Made by a program: the position numbers and the translations under genes
Source of the DNA: Felis catus
Taxonomy: Eukaryota
Assembly: GCF_018350175.1 (NCBI RefSeq)
Contig: NC_058368.1
Span: forward strand, 100,504,001 to 100,568,000
Length of the DNA: 64,000 nt
Direction: 5' to 3'
The notes under the pieces: model-generated
Databases searched by the model: none
The model's input: the letters and a program-made list of their open reading frames with translations, nothing else
What the model was told of the DNA's origin: nothing
Shown: piece after piece, positions 1-13,795 of the stretch
How positions within the stretch are numbered: position 1 is the first letter of the stretch
Layout of the letters: each line of letters starts with the position of its first letter

Positions 1-1360
1 TGGGTCACTTTTTCTGTCTATAACACATTATGAGACCTGTCTAATCCCTTTAGGAGACAGTGTGGAGCCTGAGTTTATAACAACCCTATTGTTGATACAG
101 CTCTTTGAATGCATGTAAGCAGTAAGTTCCAGATGGTTTCGCCCTATCATGTAAGAATATATTTCTGTTGAAACTTCAAGAGTTTTATTTTCAAAGCGTT
201 GGCATGGCCCATAAGAGGCCTGTCAAATTTGAGTTGGGAAGTCAAATGTGTTCTTACCAGTAGGAGGGAGTACTGTATGCTATTCACAGTTACTAGCAGT
301 GTTTCTGCGGTCAACTGTGGACCATTCTGTATCCTGGTGGGCACCAGAGGCCTAGAGACTGAGTTGAGAGGCAGTCTTGCAAATGTGGATCGTGTGACAA
401 ACTTAAGCTTGACAAGACGCAGGAAGGTATAGAAAAAGGGCCTAATATTCAAATGCCTTTTATGTACTAGCCACACTTACATGGAGATATTACCGTTACC
501 CTTTTATAGCTTCAAAATTAAAACTTTGGAAAGCTTAGGTCCTACGTCTGAAGTCATGCTACGTGTCACTAGCAGAATTGGCTCCGGCACAGGTGTGCTC
601 ATCATCACCACGGCACTGTCCTACTTGTCCTGCCCCATGTCCTCTCTTCAGTGCGTTACCCACTGGACTAGCACACAGGAATCATGAGTTGTGGGTATGG
701 GTTCCACTTCTGGACAACTCTGGTCGTGGGCAAGAAACCTTGCCTCCTCGAGAAATCTGGAAAAGAGCAAGGCCAGTAGGTAAGTTCCTTTCCATCTAGG
801 CATTTCAACCAGTTTGCTCTGTCCTTGTTTGGGTCTTATGAGTTCCCCTGGTTAGAGCCCAGTGCCCTGTGTGGTTCCGCCTTGCTCACCTTGTCTTTTC
901 CTCGAATGAGATGCCCTATTTTGATTTGGGCCCCTTGGACTCAAGTACTCTTTCTCCTTCTTCACATTTCCCTGCTGCGTCCTGGTGTTGAAATTCTAAT
1001 AGAGAATCTATGGCCAGCACGTGGGAAACCTAGATTCCCGTGTTTTCCGCCTGCTGCTGAAGAGATGACAGTAGAGTGACACAGCCAACCTTTTGGACTT
1101 AGTTCTAGAATGGGGCTTGCAAAGGAATGGGGACCCAGAGAGTGCTCTGTCTGTCCCCCTGAGGCACCCTAGCTTTGTTCTTAGACAGACAGGGTCTTTT
1201 AACTTAAAAGTTGAAGGGGCCTGAGCATTGTATAGCGATTCTGTGAGCCAGACACCGAGTTCTCAATGAAACATAGCAGAGAAAACCAAGAGTTTGAAAG
1301 AAAGAGACGCTACCTTGACCTAGAAAATTGGCATTTCAGTTGTTTATCAATGCAAGCATT

Positions 1361-1577
1361 TCATTTATTGATTTTTTGAATGTTTATAGATTTTTTTTAA
1401 GTTTTTATTTATTTATTTTGGAGAGAAAAAGAGAGAGAGGGGGAGAGAGAGAATCCCAAGTACGTCCTGCACTGTCAGCACAGAGTTCGACGTGGGGCTC
1501 AATCTCACACACCACGAGATGATGTCCTGAGCCAAAATCAAGTCAGATGTTTAGCCAACTGAGCCACCCAGGCGCCC
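1361..1577 (-). mobile_element. Can-SINE (SINEC)
   Basis: Reverse tRNA-derived head (..tgagccacccaggcgccc), (GA)n and T-tail; TSD caatgcaagcatt/caacgcaagcatt. Confidence 0.93.
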
Positions 1578-2744
1578 AACGCAAGCATTGCAGATACCAC
1601 AGTACTAAGCCCAGAAGAGAAAAGAATTAAAAAAAAAAAGGTAAAATCAGAAAATCAAGGAAACGGAGACTAGCCAGGCTGCCGAGGCAATGCATTCTGT
1701 GTCTAATGATGTTGTTAGGACACCACAGATGCTGATCCTTAAATCAGGCGTGTTCACCATCTTTACCATCCAAGTTCTTTATGAAATGGATAAATTATGC
1801 TTGCTTGAAATAAATAGAACTGATGTGTTCCTTACCACAAGCTTAGTTTTGTGCAGACTTTGTAAAATGAACACACAAAGTCTTCTACCTTTACAGAAAT
1901 GGAGACACACTTAGATGTTAAAGAAAGAGACAGTGTGTTTCCTTTAAGTAAGCTGAAGTCTGGGGCCCCTGCCCCACCTCCCTCCCCCTGGGCTAGTAAA
2001 GTGAGTGAAGCTCTAACTGCATGCCTAATTATATGCAGCAGAACAGGAAACTCAGCCCCACTGTAAAAAACTCTCTCAGCATCTGTCTGCATCTTTTAAA
2101 GACCGGCTTCTTTTATGCCACTGAAGGGACTCATATTGCCAAAGTTCAAACATCAAATTAACCATGTTTCTCAGAAAAGATAACAAGATACCAAACCTTC
2201 ACCACTTTGACTGGATTGAATTCCCATTCTTTATTCTCATAAACTAATGTTTATTGGTTATCGAGACCTCACCTCTAAGAAGAAACTTCTAGAGGTGCAT
2301 CGTGGCGTTAGGAGTGGGGATGAGACTCTTAAAGGGCATCTTCAAGTAAATTTTGAAAATTAATTTTTTTCCTCAAAGCAAATATTCGCAGACAACATAC
2401 TGGATCATACATGCTAGAGGAAATAACTATAAAATATTTAAATAACTGCCTGAAAGACTCCCAGATACAGAATGGGTTAAATGTTACTTCTTCAGTAGCC
2501 ACCTATATGCATAATTGGAGTTGAACTGATAAGGCCGAGTAAGAATAAGGGATCCATTGCAACAGGATTGATACCATTTCCCCACATAAAAATGGAGTCT
2601 ATGCTGTCTATAGCCTTATAACTGATCAGTCTCTCTAAAAGTCCTGTGTTATCTCTGGTATTATTCCCCCTTTATTCTTCACTGCACAGTTTAATATAAC
2701 TTTTTCAGTGCTTGATTCCTATCTCCTAACGAGACCCTATGTTT

Positions 2745-2943
2745 CTTTTTTGATGTTTATTTATTTTTGAGAGAGAGAGAAAGCGGGCAGGGGCAGACAG
2801 AGAGGGAGACACAGAATCTGAAGCAGGCTCTACGCTCTGAGCTGTCAGCACAGAGCCCGATGCGGGGCTTGAACTCATGAACTGCAAGATCATGACCTGA
2901 ACCGAAGTTGGACGCTTAACCAACTGAGCCACCCAGGTGCCCC
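2745..2943 (-). mobile_element. Can-SINE (SINEC_Fc type)
   Basis: Complete reverse head, body, (GA)n and T-tail; flanking ccctatgttt repeat. Confidence 0.95.
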
Positions 2944-3586
2944 TATGTTTTGTTTTGTTTTGTTTTTTTCATCTCAACAAGAATCTTTATGTCACCTCTC
3001 ATAAATGGTGGCTAGTAAATATCTACTGGCAATTTTTTTCAGTATTTTTCAACGCCTACAACCCTTATATCTGTCTTATTTTCTTCTCATTTTTCCCCAT
3101 TCTTCTTCCACCCCTTCCTCCTCCTGTTTCTCCCTTTTTCTCGCTCTCCTTACTTCCCTCACTCTCTCCTCTTTGCTGACATCTCCACACCCCATTTTTT
3201 CTCCTTTGTCTGCCCTAGGCTCCCAAGATCTGGAAACCCTTTTCATAGGATCTTCCTTGGAAGAAGCCTGGCAGAGGGGTTGCAGTAAATACAAACGTGC
3301 TGGACCCATACTTGCAGTGAAAAGGAAATCTCTCCTTTCTTGCCACAGAACAGAAGCAGAAACAATCCTCTTTCTATATGCCGATGTGGTCAACAGATTC
3401 TGATGGAGCCCATGCCAAGAATGGGGTCCTATGCTAGGCTCTCTCTTGGAATAAAAATAATTAAAAAAAAAAACACCCAGAAGTTGGCATTAACTACAGC
3501 GGGAGCATACAAGGATACATAAGTTAACAAATTGTGTATTTGGAAGGACCTGTGGGGAAAAAAAGTATTGTAATTGGTTCATAGCT

Positions 3587-3845
3587 TATTGGTTCTCAAA
3601 CTCTGCTGAACATTAGAATCTCCTGGGGGAACTTTTAAAAACTTGATGCCCAAGCCAACCCTATAATAAATAAATTCAGTTCTCCGGGTGGAACCCAGAC
3701 ATCAGTATTTGTAAAAACTTATCCAAAATTCCAATTAGGCCACCAATCTTTAAAACCAATGCCTTGCTACTCAAAGTGGGGCCAGGCAACGTGGCATTGG
3801 CATCAGCTGGGAGCGTATCATACATGCATGATCTGGCATCCACTG
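3587..3845. mobile_element. MER5B plus MER5A-like hAT-Charlie fossils
   Basis: tggttctcaaactctgctgaacattagaatc...aaaccaatg followed by ccttgctactcaaagtg, typical MER5 motifs. Confidence 0.65.
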
Positions 3846-4181
3846 TGGCCTCTGCTTCTAATTTTGTGATGCTGTGAATTGTCCTTTGAGACAGTACTTG
3901 AGAAGATACACAGAAAAAGACCCTTCCTCAAGGAGAGGGGAAGAATGGAGAGCCCTTAACCCTGGAGGTGGATATGAAGAGAGTATTAGGTGTTTTAAAG
4001 AAATATCAGTGGGCCCATCACGCTCTTCTTCTGTTTAGTGTGTCTGTGTGTTTAATGTGTAACTGTGGAAATCATATTCAACTGTAATTTCCTATGCAGA
4101 AAGTTAAAAATCATATAGAAAGGGAGACATCTTTTCTGAATGGGATAGGTAGAAGAGAGAACAATTTTTCAATAAGGTATC

Positions 4182-4395
4182 TTTGTTTTTAATTTTTATT
4201 TATTTTTTTGAGAGGGAGAGAGACAGAGCATGAGCAGAGGAGGGGCAGAGAGAGAGGGAGACATAGAATCCAAAGCAGGCTCCAGGCTCTGAGCTGTCTA
4301 CACAGAGCCTGAAGGGGGGCTCGAACTCATGAGCCATGAGATCATGACCTGCGCTGAAGTCGGACGCTCAACCAACTGAGCCACCCAGGCGCCCC
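4182..4395 (-). mobile_element. Can-SINE (SINEC_Fc type)
   Basis: Reverse head ..ctgagccacccaggcgcccc; B-box ctcgaac; T-tail. Confidence 0.95.
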
Positions 4396-5599
4396 TACTT
4401 TTTAAATCTTAGAGTAGCTTTTCCATTGTTATTTCTCAAGATTGTCTAAAATCTATACATAAAAAATCAAATTATCCAGAAGCTACCCATCTGACAGTGT
4501 TGTAATGAAGACCAAACACAGCAAAGCAAGGACTAAAACCCATCCTCAGTGTTCCTCCTCAACCACCACTGGGGGGGCTTCCCATGAATGTCAGCAAGAC
4601 ACAGGATATATTTTATGACTTCATGACTCAGTAGAGTGCCATAATGTATGCCAAAGACATTCCTCTGTTTACACAACACGCATGCACACACACACACACA
4701 CACACGAATACACAGTGTCTACCACATGCACAGCTCTGTCCCACGTGGTAGAAAGGCAACCATAAATCTAGGGTAATAAACGTATATAGCTTTTGATGAA
4801 ATGTGGAAAGTCTGAGTTAAACCGGATAAATTTGGAAAATATAGCCATCTGTTGTGACGTTGTGCTCATATTCATAGGAATATCGTATAACTGTATTTCT
4901 TTTCCTTCTACGGTATTTGTTCTTGCAGTTGCCCAGCCAGTCAGGAACAAGGAAGGATTTAACAGCTATTATTTGTGGTCAGCAGTGCTAGCTGCCTTCT
5001 CAGGATCCTTTCTCTTGTTCTTCCCAATTAGGAGAAACCAGTTAAATGTTCTCAGGTAAAATCACTTTACCAGATGCACTGGCAATTAGGAACGGTCACG
5101 TGACTGTTCTGGCGAATGAAAAGCCAGTAGAAAGCATACGGTGCCTCTGAATGTTTTGTGGAGGAAGAAGCTTGCCTGGCGTTTATCCTTTGCCGCTTTT
5201 CCCTTTCGGGCAGAGCAGCACCTCTTACAGCCATGAGAACAAAAGTTACATGCCAAAAAGGGACCAGAAGAAAAGAGATAGAACCCGGTTCCATGAGCAG
5301 CTACACAGGCCTTGGACTCTCCCCCCAAATTATGTGAGTAAAATAAGCTCTTTTCATTGACTAAGTCTCTTCCATCTAGCTTCTGGGAAGAGTAGCCCAA
5401 TATAAAACCGAAACGAGGTACTCATCCTAAAGAATAAAGAGTCTACATCTGGTCATTGGAATAGGGCAGCGTTTCACAAATTATATTTTGTCTACCATTA
5501 GGTTTGGGAAATATTTTAGCTGTGCTTCAGGATAAAAGTATGTTTTGCTAGTTTGGAAAAAGAAAACCGAAAACAAAAACACTGTGCGGAGAAAATCCT

Positions 5600-6027
5600 T
5601 TGATAGATTATGATGTGCCACCTTCAAAAGTCTGGGGCTTAGTCCCCAGTCATTGGCAGTGCTGCTGGCCCAGAGCCCTGAGATGTTAGCTTTCTCAGAG
5701 AGTTGCCATTTGCTAAAGAAAGCCACCTTGCCCAAGAGCACACCCTTTCCGAGGACAGCTTGTCCCCAGTGAGTGGTCTTTGTGGGGGCGTACAGATCCA
5801 GCTCCTTATCCAACTGGATACAACCCCAAAAAGCCATGCAAATTCAGAGCTCCCCATGGCTTTCACCCAACGTCCTCCTCTGCTTTATCCTGCTCTCCTC
5901 CTCTCCCTTCCCTCCCCCTCCTCTTCTCTCGTCTTCCTTAGGTGTTGTTTCCCCAAGCCATCTGCAATAAACTACGCACTCATCGCTAAATCAGAGTCTG
6001 TTTACCAGGGAACTCAATCTGTGAAAG
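5600..6027 (+). mobile_element. LTR16-like ERVL solo LTR
   Basis: 3' end aataaactacgcac...cagagtctgtttaccagggaactcaatctgtgaaa resembles LTR16 family. Confidence 0.6.
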
Positions 6028-7234
6028 CATATTAGCACATTCAAGTCTTGAAGAATCTCCGAATTTAAAAGCAACTGGTTCCTCTGTGTTGGGTGCTTCA
6101 ACGGATCTGTAAACCCAAGGATTTTTCCTCTGGAATGTTTGTTGGTCACATCCTCCAGGATTTGTCTTAGTAGGAGTTCGGGTCCTAGTGGAATCAATTC
6201 TAGATTATTGTACCTACATGGAGTTTGTTATGGTAAAGGCCCAGTGTCAAGTCAAAATGCATGTGTCAGGGCAGAGCTATTTAGCCAGATTTAAAAAAAA
6301 AAAATACAGCCAAAGTTAGATTCTGTTTTAATACAACTTCATTTGTTTGCTAATCATCTCAAGTTGATACTTAGCCTGTGGGCATTATTACTGTATCCCA
6401 TGGTTCCCAGGCTACAGGCCCAGACATAATCCATCAATCTCGTTTCACTGCTGAAGGTTGAACTACATCCTAAGTCCCCAAAGAAATGTCCTCTCTGAAC
6501 TATGGCATTTATCAAAAATCAATATAAGAAATGGCCATACAGGAAAAACAAAGTTTCCCTATATTTTTTTTTTATAAAACTGTTATTGAAACCATCATAT
6601 ATTTTCAAAGTCGATGGCTTTATAAGGGACCATAAAATAAGTTCTTCTTAAAGTTAGTGCTCGAAAAAAAATCTGCTTGTATAGAAAAACTGGCATGCTT
6701 TTTTTTTTATTAGCTAATAAGAACCTTATATAACTTGTGTTTTCCTTTTCGTCTTGCCTGCCAGGAAAAGGTCAGAAGTAAAGTTTGCATTCAATCTCAG
6801 TAGCAATCCTTAGCTCAGTGATTTCTCATTGTACCCATGCCAACTTCACCCCTTTGCTTTGTCCTTAGTTCTTTATTCTTTCTGTTGAAATATATTTGAC
6901 ATATAGCATTATATAAATTGAAAGCATTATATACATTTATCCTTTTTCATGATTGTGACACATCTGTGTCTTCTATTATAAGTCACTGCTAGAAACTTCT
7001 GAAAGTAAAGTAGGCTGAAATAAATGTTTCTTCAGGTTTGTTTTTTTTCCCAGCTTATACCCCAGGCTGCTCAATCCCTTTGCTTACCTGATGTCAAACC
7101 CCAAAACAACTATGTAAGGCAATGCTGATTCAAAGTGTAAGACAACTGTTACTTTCAAGTTGCTCGTTGTCTTTTGAGGATGGCAGAAGTCATAGACACA
7201 CAGAGGTCAAGTGCAAGGGAGAAACAGTATGTGT

Positions 7235-7482
7235 GGGGCTCCTGGGTGGCTCAGTTTGTTGAGCGTCTGATGCGATTTCATCTCAGGTCATGATCTTGTG
7301 GTTGTGGGTTCGAGCCCCATGTTGGGCTCTGCACTGAGCAGAACCTGCTTGGGATTCTCTCTCTCCCCCTCTCTTGACCTCTCCCTGAGCACATGCTCTC
7401 TCTCCATAATAAATAAACCGAGAGAAAGGAAGGAAGGAAGGAAGGAAGGAAGGAAGGAAGGAAGGAAGGAAGGAAGGAAGGA
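7235..7482 (+). mobile_element. Can-SINE with (GGAA)n tail
   Basis: ggggctcctgggtggctcag head; TSD agaaacagtatgtgt (7220-7234) / agaaactgtatgtgt (7483-7497). Confidence 0.95.
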
Positions 7483-7849
7483 AGAAACTGTATGTGTAGT
7501 GGGGGCTTAGTTCTTGAGAGTTGGGAGAAATCACTTTGAGTTTGGCTGAGGCCAGGCAGGTGCCCTGTAAGGTTAAAATTTAATAAAGGTGGACAGATAC
7601 ACTCAGATACACTGATTGACCACCCCTGTCCCCATATAATTCTATTATCAAAATGACAATTGCAGATATGAACACAGCATTACATGTCCACAGCAACTGG
7701 CCGGTAGCTTGCCCAACTCAGAGAATTTTGGAAAATGTTTAGTGAGCCCTTAACTTGATCAAGTGGTATTTTCCAACCCACAGGCAGGTGGGCAATGATT
7801 CAGAAGTGAGTTCTCTGTATAATTCAGCTTGTCTTCTTGCTCTCACCCA

Positions 7850-8346
7850 GACCCAGGGCCAAGGTCATAGACCCTTAGACCTCCACTATGATCCTTCCTG
7901 TGACAACACCACGTGTCCCTCCTGTGGCGGCCATGACGGTAACCCTGCTCAGCTGTCTTCAAGAGAAGCTACCGTGGGACATGCCTCCCACACCATTGTG
8001 GTACTCATCTCAGGGCCACACTCCCTGCCCTGTTTTTCTTGGACAATGACTGGGCACAGAAGGGGTATTAGAGCCCAAACATATCTTCCTGCCAGCTGGA
8101 CTGGGAGTCTCCTTAATCTCGCCATTATTTTCTCCACAATATTCTACTGTCTGAGGCTCTTCCCATGTGATTTCCGGCCCTTTCCTCTCTCCTTCCACAC
8201 ATGTCAACACTGCATCCCAGTCTGAAGGCTCCCCCTGCCTGATCCTGCCCTCTCTCCTTTATCCTTCAGACGTGTGTCCCTCAAGGAAGTTCTTACACAT
8301 CTAATCCCATTTAGGTGGTGGCTTCTCAGACGACCTTAATTCACAC
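7850..8346 (+). mobile_element. LTR33-like ERVL solo LTR
   Basis: 3' end cttacacatctaatccc...gcttctcagacgaccttaattcacaca; 5' boundary uncertain. Confidence 0.5.
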
Positions 8347-8921
8347 ATTCCTTGACCCTCCTCCTAGGTCTTCCCCCTGAAACTTCCCCCTACCACTCAG
8401 TTCAAGGCTCAGCCCCCTCTTGGGTTCAGCATTCAGCATGGGCTCTCCTCTCTTGCCCCGCGAGGCAGGTATAGAGTGGGGTGAGGATGGTGTTAAGGAT
8501 CTTCCACGTGGAGGTGGGTAGGGCTACCAGCCTTCTCTTCTCATGGCAAAGATGAACTTAATGCTACCATGGATACTGTCTGTAACTTACACTGAAAGAG
8601 TAACTTGAGTTACTCTTCCTTCCTCGCGCAACTTGAGTTAACATCACAAAAAAAAGCCTATTCTGTGTCCTTAGCCCCCGTAAGTTCCAAATGCACGGGC
8701 CAGGTCTTGGCTTGGTGGGAGAAAGAGCAGGGCCGGTGGGGCAGGGAGAGGTGGTATGTGATGAAGGAAAACTCACCCTACAACACAGGTAAAGCATGTT
8801 CTCTGAGTCAAAGAAAAGAATTGTCAATGAGAGGTGGAAGAGAAGTTCTCTTTTACATTAAGCTCCTCTCCCTCAATGCTTTTTTTTTTTTGCATCCATT
8901 TCCCATTGCTCAAAAAATCTT

Positions 8922-9135
8922 GAGGTGCCTGGGGGGCTCAGTCCATTAAACATCTGACTCTTAATTTTAGCTCAGGTCATGATCTCATGGCTCATCCAGT
9001 TGATCCCCACATCAGGGTCTCCATTGACAGCATGGAGCCTGCATGGGATTCTCTCTCTCCTCTCTGCCCTTTCTCTTCTCACACACATGCACGCTCTCTC
9101 TCTGTGTGTCTCTCTCTCAAAATAAATAATAATAA
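8922..9135 (+). mobile_element. Can-SINE (older)
   Basis: Degenerate head, (CT)n, aaaataaataa tail; TSD aaaaaatctt. Confidence 0.92.
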
Positions 9136-12100
9136 AAAATCTTTTCACAGGTGACTAACTCACATTCCCTTCTCTCCCCTCAGCCTCCTCCTTCACATCA
9201 TCAGCCTCCACATATATACTAACTTAGCACAAAGAACATGTAAGCAAATTACTAGAGTTACTCATCGCTGTAGCATTTCTCTCCCTTACATTCATCACTA
9301 TTGAAAAAGCTGTATTTTTAAACATAAACATATTTAAAACTTTCATGAACTTGGTCCAAGCAGTAAATTGCAGGTACAGGAAGTAAATATTGAGTAAATT
9401 GAGAAGTGACTAGTTGTTACTGATGGCGGTTGCCTTCTTCAATTCATGTGCAAGATTTATAGTCACAGCCTATTTCCCAAACCTGTCCAGGCTTTAAGGA
9501 GAAAAGAACAATTCTATTTGTGCCTCATCTGAATAGATTCTTGGCAACATGGCTGCAAACCTCAAGGCTTATCTGGATCCATGCACAAATCTTCGAGAAC
9601 AATCCTGTCGCGTCACATTCCCAACAGTTGCTGAATGGTAATGATAAGTCTCCAGCAGGAAGTAATTTATCCTTAAGTTTCAGAGTGGTCAGAGAAGGAT
9701 GGAACACCCTTTCTGCTTGTATCTATAAGAGCAGCTTTCCAAGTGAATTCCTAGGTATCGTTCCTTCCTAGAATTACATTCTGAAAAATCACACCTCTGA
9801 TTTCAGTGCCATTTTGCTAGAACTTTTCTTGGTCCAATGGACACTTAAAAATAGTTACTTTATTTGAATATCCTTGAATATCTAGACAAGACTCAAAGAT
9901 TTGAATCCCGTGCCCCTTCTGTTTTTCAGACATACCACAAACCCTAAGGAGCACACACAGCCCATACCGTAGAAAATGTTCAGCAACAGAGTTTCTCAGT
10001 TGGCTACCTAATCAAGTAAATGGCCTTGCTTGGAGGAAACCAAGTTAAAATAACGTTGAGGTCCATCCCTAAGCCCTCAAAAGAGAATAACATTAAAAAC
10101 CAGGGATGAAAATGTCTCCTCTTGGGCAATGAGTATTGCAGAATGTGTCAGATGAAGTTTCAAATATGCATCAGCATTTTCCTAAACACAAGTTCAGACC
10201 CCACGGTCTCCTTAAACATTGCAGGTCTGGCTGACATTCGTTCCTGGAGATTGTGCTGATAGAAACCATCACCATAGAAGTGGCTCTACCCACTCTACCT
10301 GCCATTACATCTTCTTACTGTAAGGTAAGAGCACACTTTCTTCTGCTTTTTGGTAATAAACATGTGGAAAGCAAAAGCATGGTACTCTGAGCAGAGACTT
10401 GAGAGGTCAGTGCCCCGCCCCCCATACTTGCTAGAACTAGTACGTGTATACCCTCTCGGATAATGGAAGCATGGGTTAAGTTTATTAACTCTCCAGAGAA
10501 TGAGATTCCACCAACCCTTTCAGTAACTTTTGTTTCTGAGTTAAATTAATGCCAGCCATTTCTTCCTCCAGGCCTACTCATTTCAGTGGGCCTGCCTTCC
10601 AAGAAAAGCTCTCATTCAGACTGATCGAGTTGACCATGACAAGTACCCAACCCCGTGCAAATACAGAAAGAGGGAGGAAGAATCAGCTCTGGAAGGAGAT
10701 CATTGAAAGAGAGGAATCAGATAGCACTTTGAGTGCCAAGTCTAATAACCCTAAAAGTACTAAAATAGGTCCCCTCAGAAAGCCATGTTTTACTAGCATA
10801 CATGGGGGTCAAAAAGATGAGAACCACCTGAAAGCAGGTAACTAGCTTATATTCCTCTTGACTCATGGAATAAATAGTCATGAAGGACAGACTTCTTGAG
10901 GTCATACATCAACTTGTTGGAGTATTTGTTATAATTCAGTGTTTAAAGGCATCACACCTACATAGCCAATTCTTACTGACAAGTTTGTACTCAATAGCCA
11001 GTACCATATGCTTCTAGTAACAGATACCCTTACATGAATTTAGTATAATGCGGCTAAAATCTAGTTTAAGTACGCCTCTCCTCCCCGCCAAGTTCCCGCA
11101 AAAATCTTTTACATTGGAATTACCTGATTCATTTCCATATTAGTGTGGGACATCCAATATGGCTTGTTAACATGGCTTACCATATTTTCTGGGCGTAAGT
11201 GTTTATAGGAAGAACTTGTGTACAAGACTTTGGACATGTGACTCATATAAACTGGAATAACAGCATTGTTGCTAAAACCTAGGGCTTGCTTTGAAGCCTC
11301 ATCATAGTGTTCCTGGGAAACCATTAAGCAAAATGCCCTGAAGGATAGGAAAAATTGCACTGAGCAATAAAATGTCAACAGACTACAGAATTTGAACATC
11401 AAGCACTTTCATCTAAACATGCCCTTCTCTCCTTTCACTTGGCAGGGGTTTGGTTTTTAAAAAGTAATAAACTCTAGCACTCCAGTTGACCTGGGGATGT
11501 GTTTAAGAAATCCAACCCCAGAGCCAGAAGCATTGTGACCTTTCGTATGGACTCCCTACCTCAGAAAAACCGTTGAATGAGAAATATAAACAGAAAAGGA
11601 GAACAGAAATCTGTGTCTTGATTGTCTAAGTCTTCAATTTTTTTTAAGAACAGGGTGCACAACAAAACTCTCGGCCAGAAGGAACAATCTTAAAATCTGT
11701 TGAAACAGGTGGCCAGCACTTACTGTCTCATGAACAGCAAATTAATATAACCACAGCACAGTATAAGATGGATATAAGCAAGGAAAACCAATCCACAAGC
11801 CTGTGTAACCTTATAAACCTGGGGCAGACACAGTTGGGTCTCAGAGCAAGACTGCAGTCAAGAAACAGCTTCCCGCAACCAAAAGTAATTTCAATAACTC
11901 AAACCCTTTCCTTAGGTTTCCTGAGAACCATAAAGGGGATCCAGATTCAAATACCATAACAATATTTATTAAAACCCCCTTCCTTCTTCTACTCTGCACC
12001 CCCAGCGTCACACTTGGTGCCAATACAGAGCCTTTCCATTCACAATTCCCTATAATATCTCTCAACACATAATTCTCCTTTCTCTGCCTTTCCTCACTAT

Positions 12101-13039
12101 TTTTTGTATCACTTCATCATGCATATTGACCTTACCTCTCTGTTAGCAGGAAAAAAAATTTTTTTTAGGAAGAAAAACAATCTGGAAATTGATTTGGTAA
12201 TTAGAGAATTCTCCTTGGCTGGATGGAGTAGAGGAATGACAGCAGTCATCCCACATTAATAATTTGATCCTAACATAACTGTGTCATGAATTAAAAATGA
12301 CAAGTGGGGGAGGGCTATGCTTTCAATATATCCTTAAAACTGAGACCTGAACAATCTGACATATGTTTGCCTAGTTCTAGAGATAATGTTCACCTAGAAA
12401 AACTCATCGGATTAAAGCACAGAGAATATCTCTGTGCTCTATCTCAAAAGAATGAAGTTTCCTCCTGGAAGGACGAATCTGATAGGTTACCAAGGGGAGG
12501 TCTAGAATTTCCTAGAGAAAGAAGCGGAAGGAGGCAATCGTACCCACTGGGAAATGTCACGTGGTTTGGAATGGTAAATCGGGGTTTGCCTGTACATGAC
12601 TGGCCTGAGTTTTCCAATAGGTTCTATCCCAGCAATTCAAGGGCTGTGAACCCAGATCCTGTTAAGAGTCAAGCCGTGGCCTAATCAAGTGACAAGGCTA
12701 GGTAGGAGTTACGACAAAATGGAAGGAGCCTACCCTTTCTAAAGTACTTACTCCTTTCCCACTAAATTCTTACCATGTAGGAATTTTGACTTAGTGCTGT
12801 CAGATTCACACTTTTTCAGGAGAATCTGAAAATCCAGATGCTATATGTAAGACCCTCCCCCTACAATCTTGGGTGTTGGCACTTGACTATTTTTCATCTC
12901 TGTGAATGCCAAATCACCATGCCTAAGGGCTGCTGCAGCCCACAGACCACATCAACTCTGGGGGGGGGGGGGAATTAAACATGTAAAATATGTAGGGTTA
13001 GGCCCAAGAAGTCGGTACAAAATGGGAAACTGCTTTGAA

Positions 13040-13400
13040 AGAGCATAACATAACAACTTACATAACAACTCCACTTTTAGAAAGCTATACAATGAAAAAA
13101 TGTCTTCCTTATACAAAAGTTAATGTATGAAGATATTTATCACAACCCTTTGTAACTGAAAAATTGGAAATAACTAAGCTAGCCAACAACAGCGATTTAG
13201 TTTAAATAAATTTCGTGTGATACTTCCGTAATGTACTAAACTGTATTCACTAAGAAAGGTGCTGCAGGGAATTATTTATCAGAAAGGTGTTCTTGATATT
13301 ACCATAAAGGAAAACAGGTTAAAAATACAAATAAAATATAATTCCGTTTCCTTATATGTTTAAATGTCTGTGTGTGTATCTTTGGTTCAAAGAAGACATT
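13040..13400 (+). mobile_element. Ancient L1ME-like fragment
   Basis: caactccacttttag...gatatttatcacaac...aaaattggaaataactaa motifs of the L1 ORF2 end and 3'UTR. Confidence 0.5.
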
Positions 13401-13576
13401 ACGAAGGCAGTTAGAAAAAAGCTTTAAAATAAAAAATAGGGAAAACACAATCCCACAAATTGTGGGATATAGCATCAGCAATGCTAAGTGGCAAACTTTT
13501 AAATTTAATGCATATATTGAAAAGAAAAGTCTAAAATCATTTATGTAAGTTTCCACATTAAGAAGCAATAAAAAGA

Positions 13577-13795
13577 GGGGGCGCCTGGGTGGCTCAGTCA
13601 CTTAAGTGTCAACTTCAGCTCAGGTCATGATCCCACAGTTCGTGGGTTCAAGCCCTGTGTCAGGCTCTGTGCTGACAGCTCAGAGCCTGGAGCCTGCTTC
13701 AATTTCTGTATCTCCCTCTCTCTCTGCCCCTCCCCTGCTGTCTGTCTGTCTGTCTGTCTCTCTCTGAAAAATAAATAAACATTTAAAATTTTTTT
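13577..13795 (+). mobile_element. Can-SINE (SINEC_Fc type) inside L1M
   Basis: ggggcgcctgggtggctcag head, (CT)n, A-tail. Confidence 0.95.

Noticed and set aside
560..1130. Possible ERV leader/internal fragment with donor ag|gtaagt (about 780)
   Set aside because: No LTR, PBS or gag similarity that I can support.
3005..3403. 132-aa and 105-aa overlapping ORFs
   Set aside because: Driven by a CT-rich low-complexity tract.
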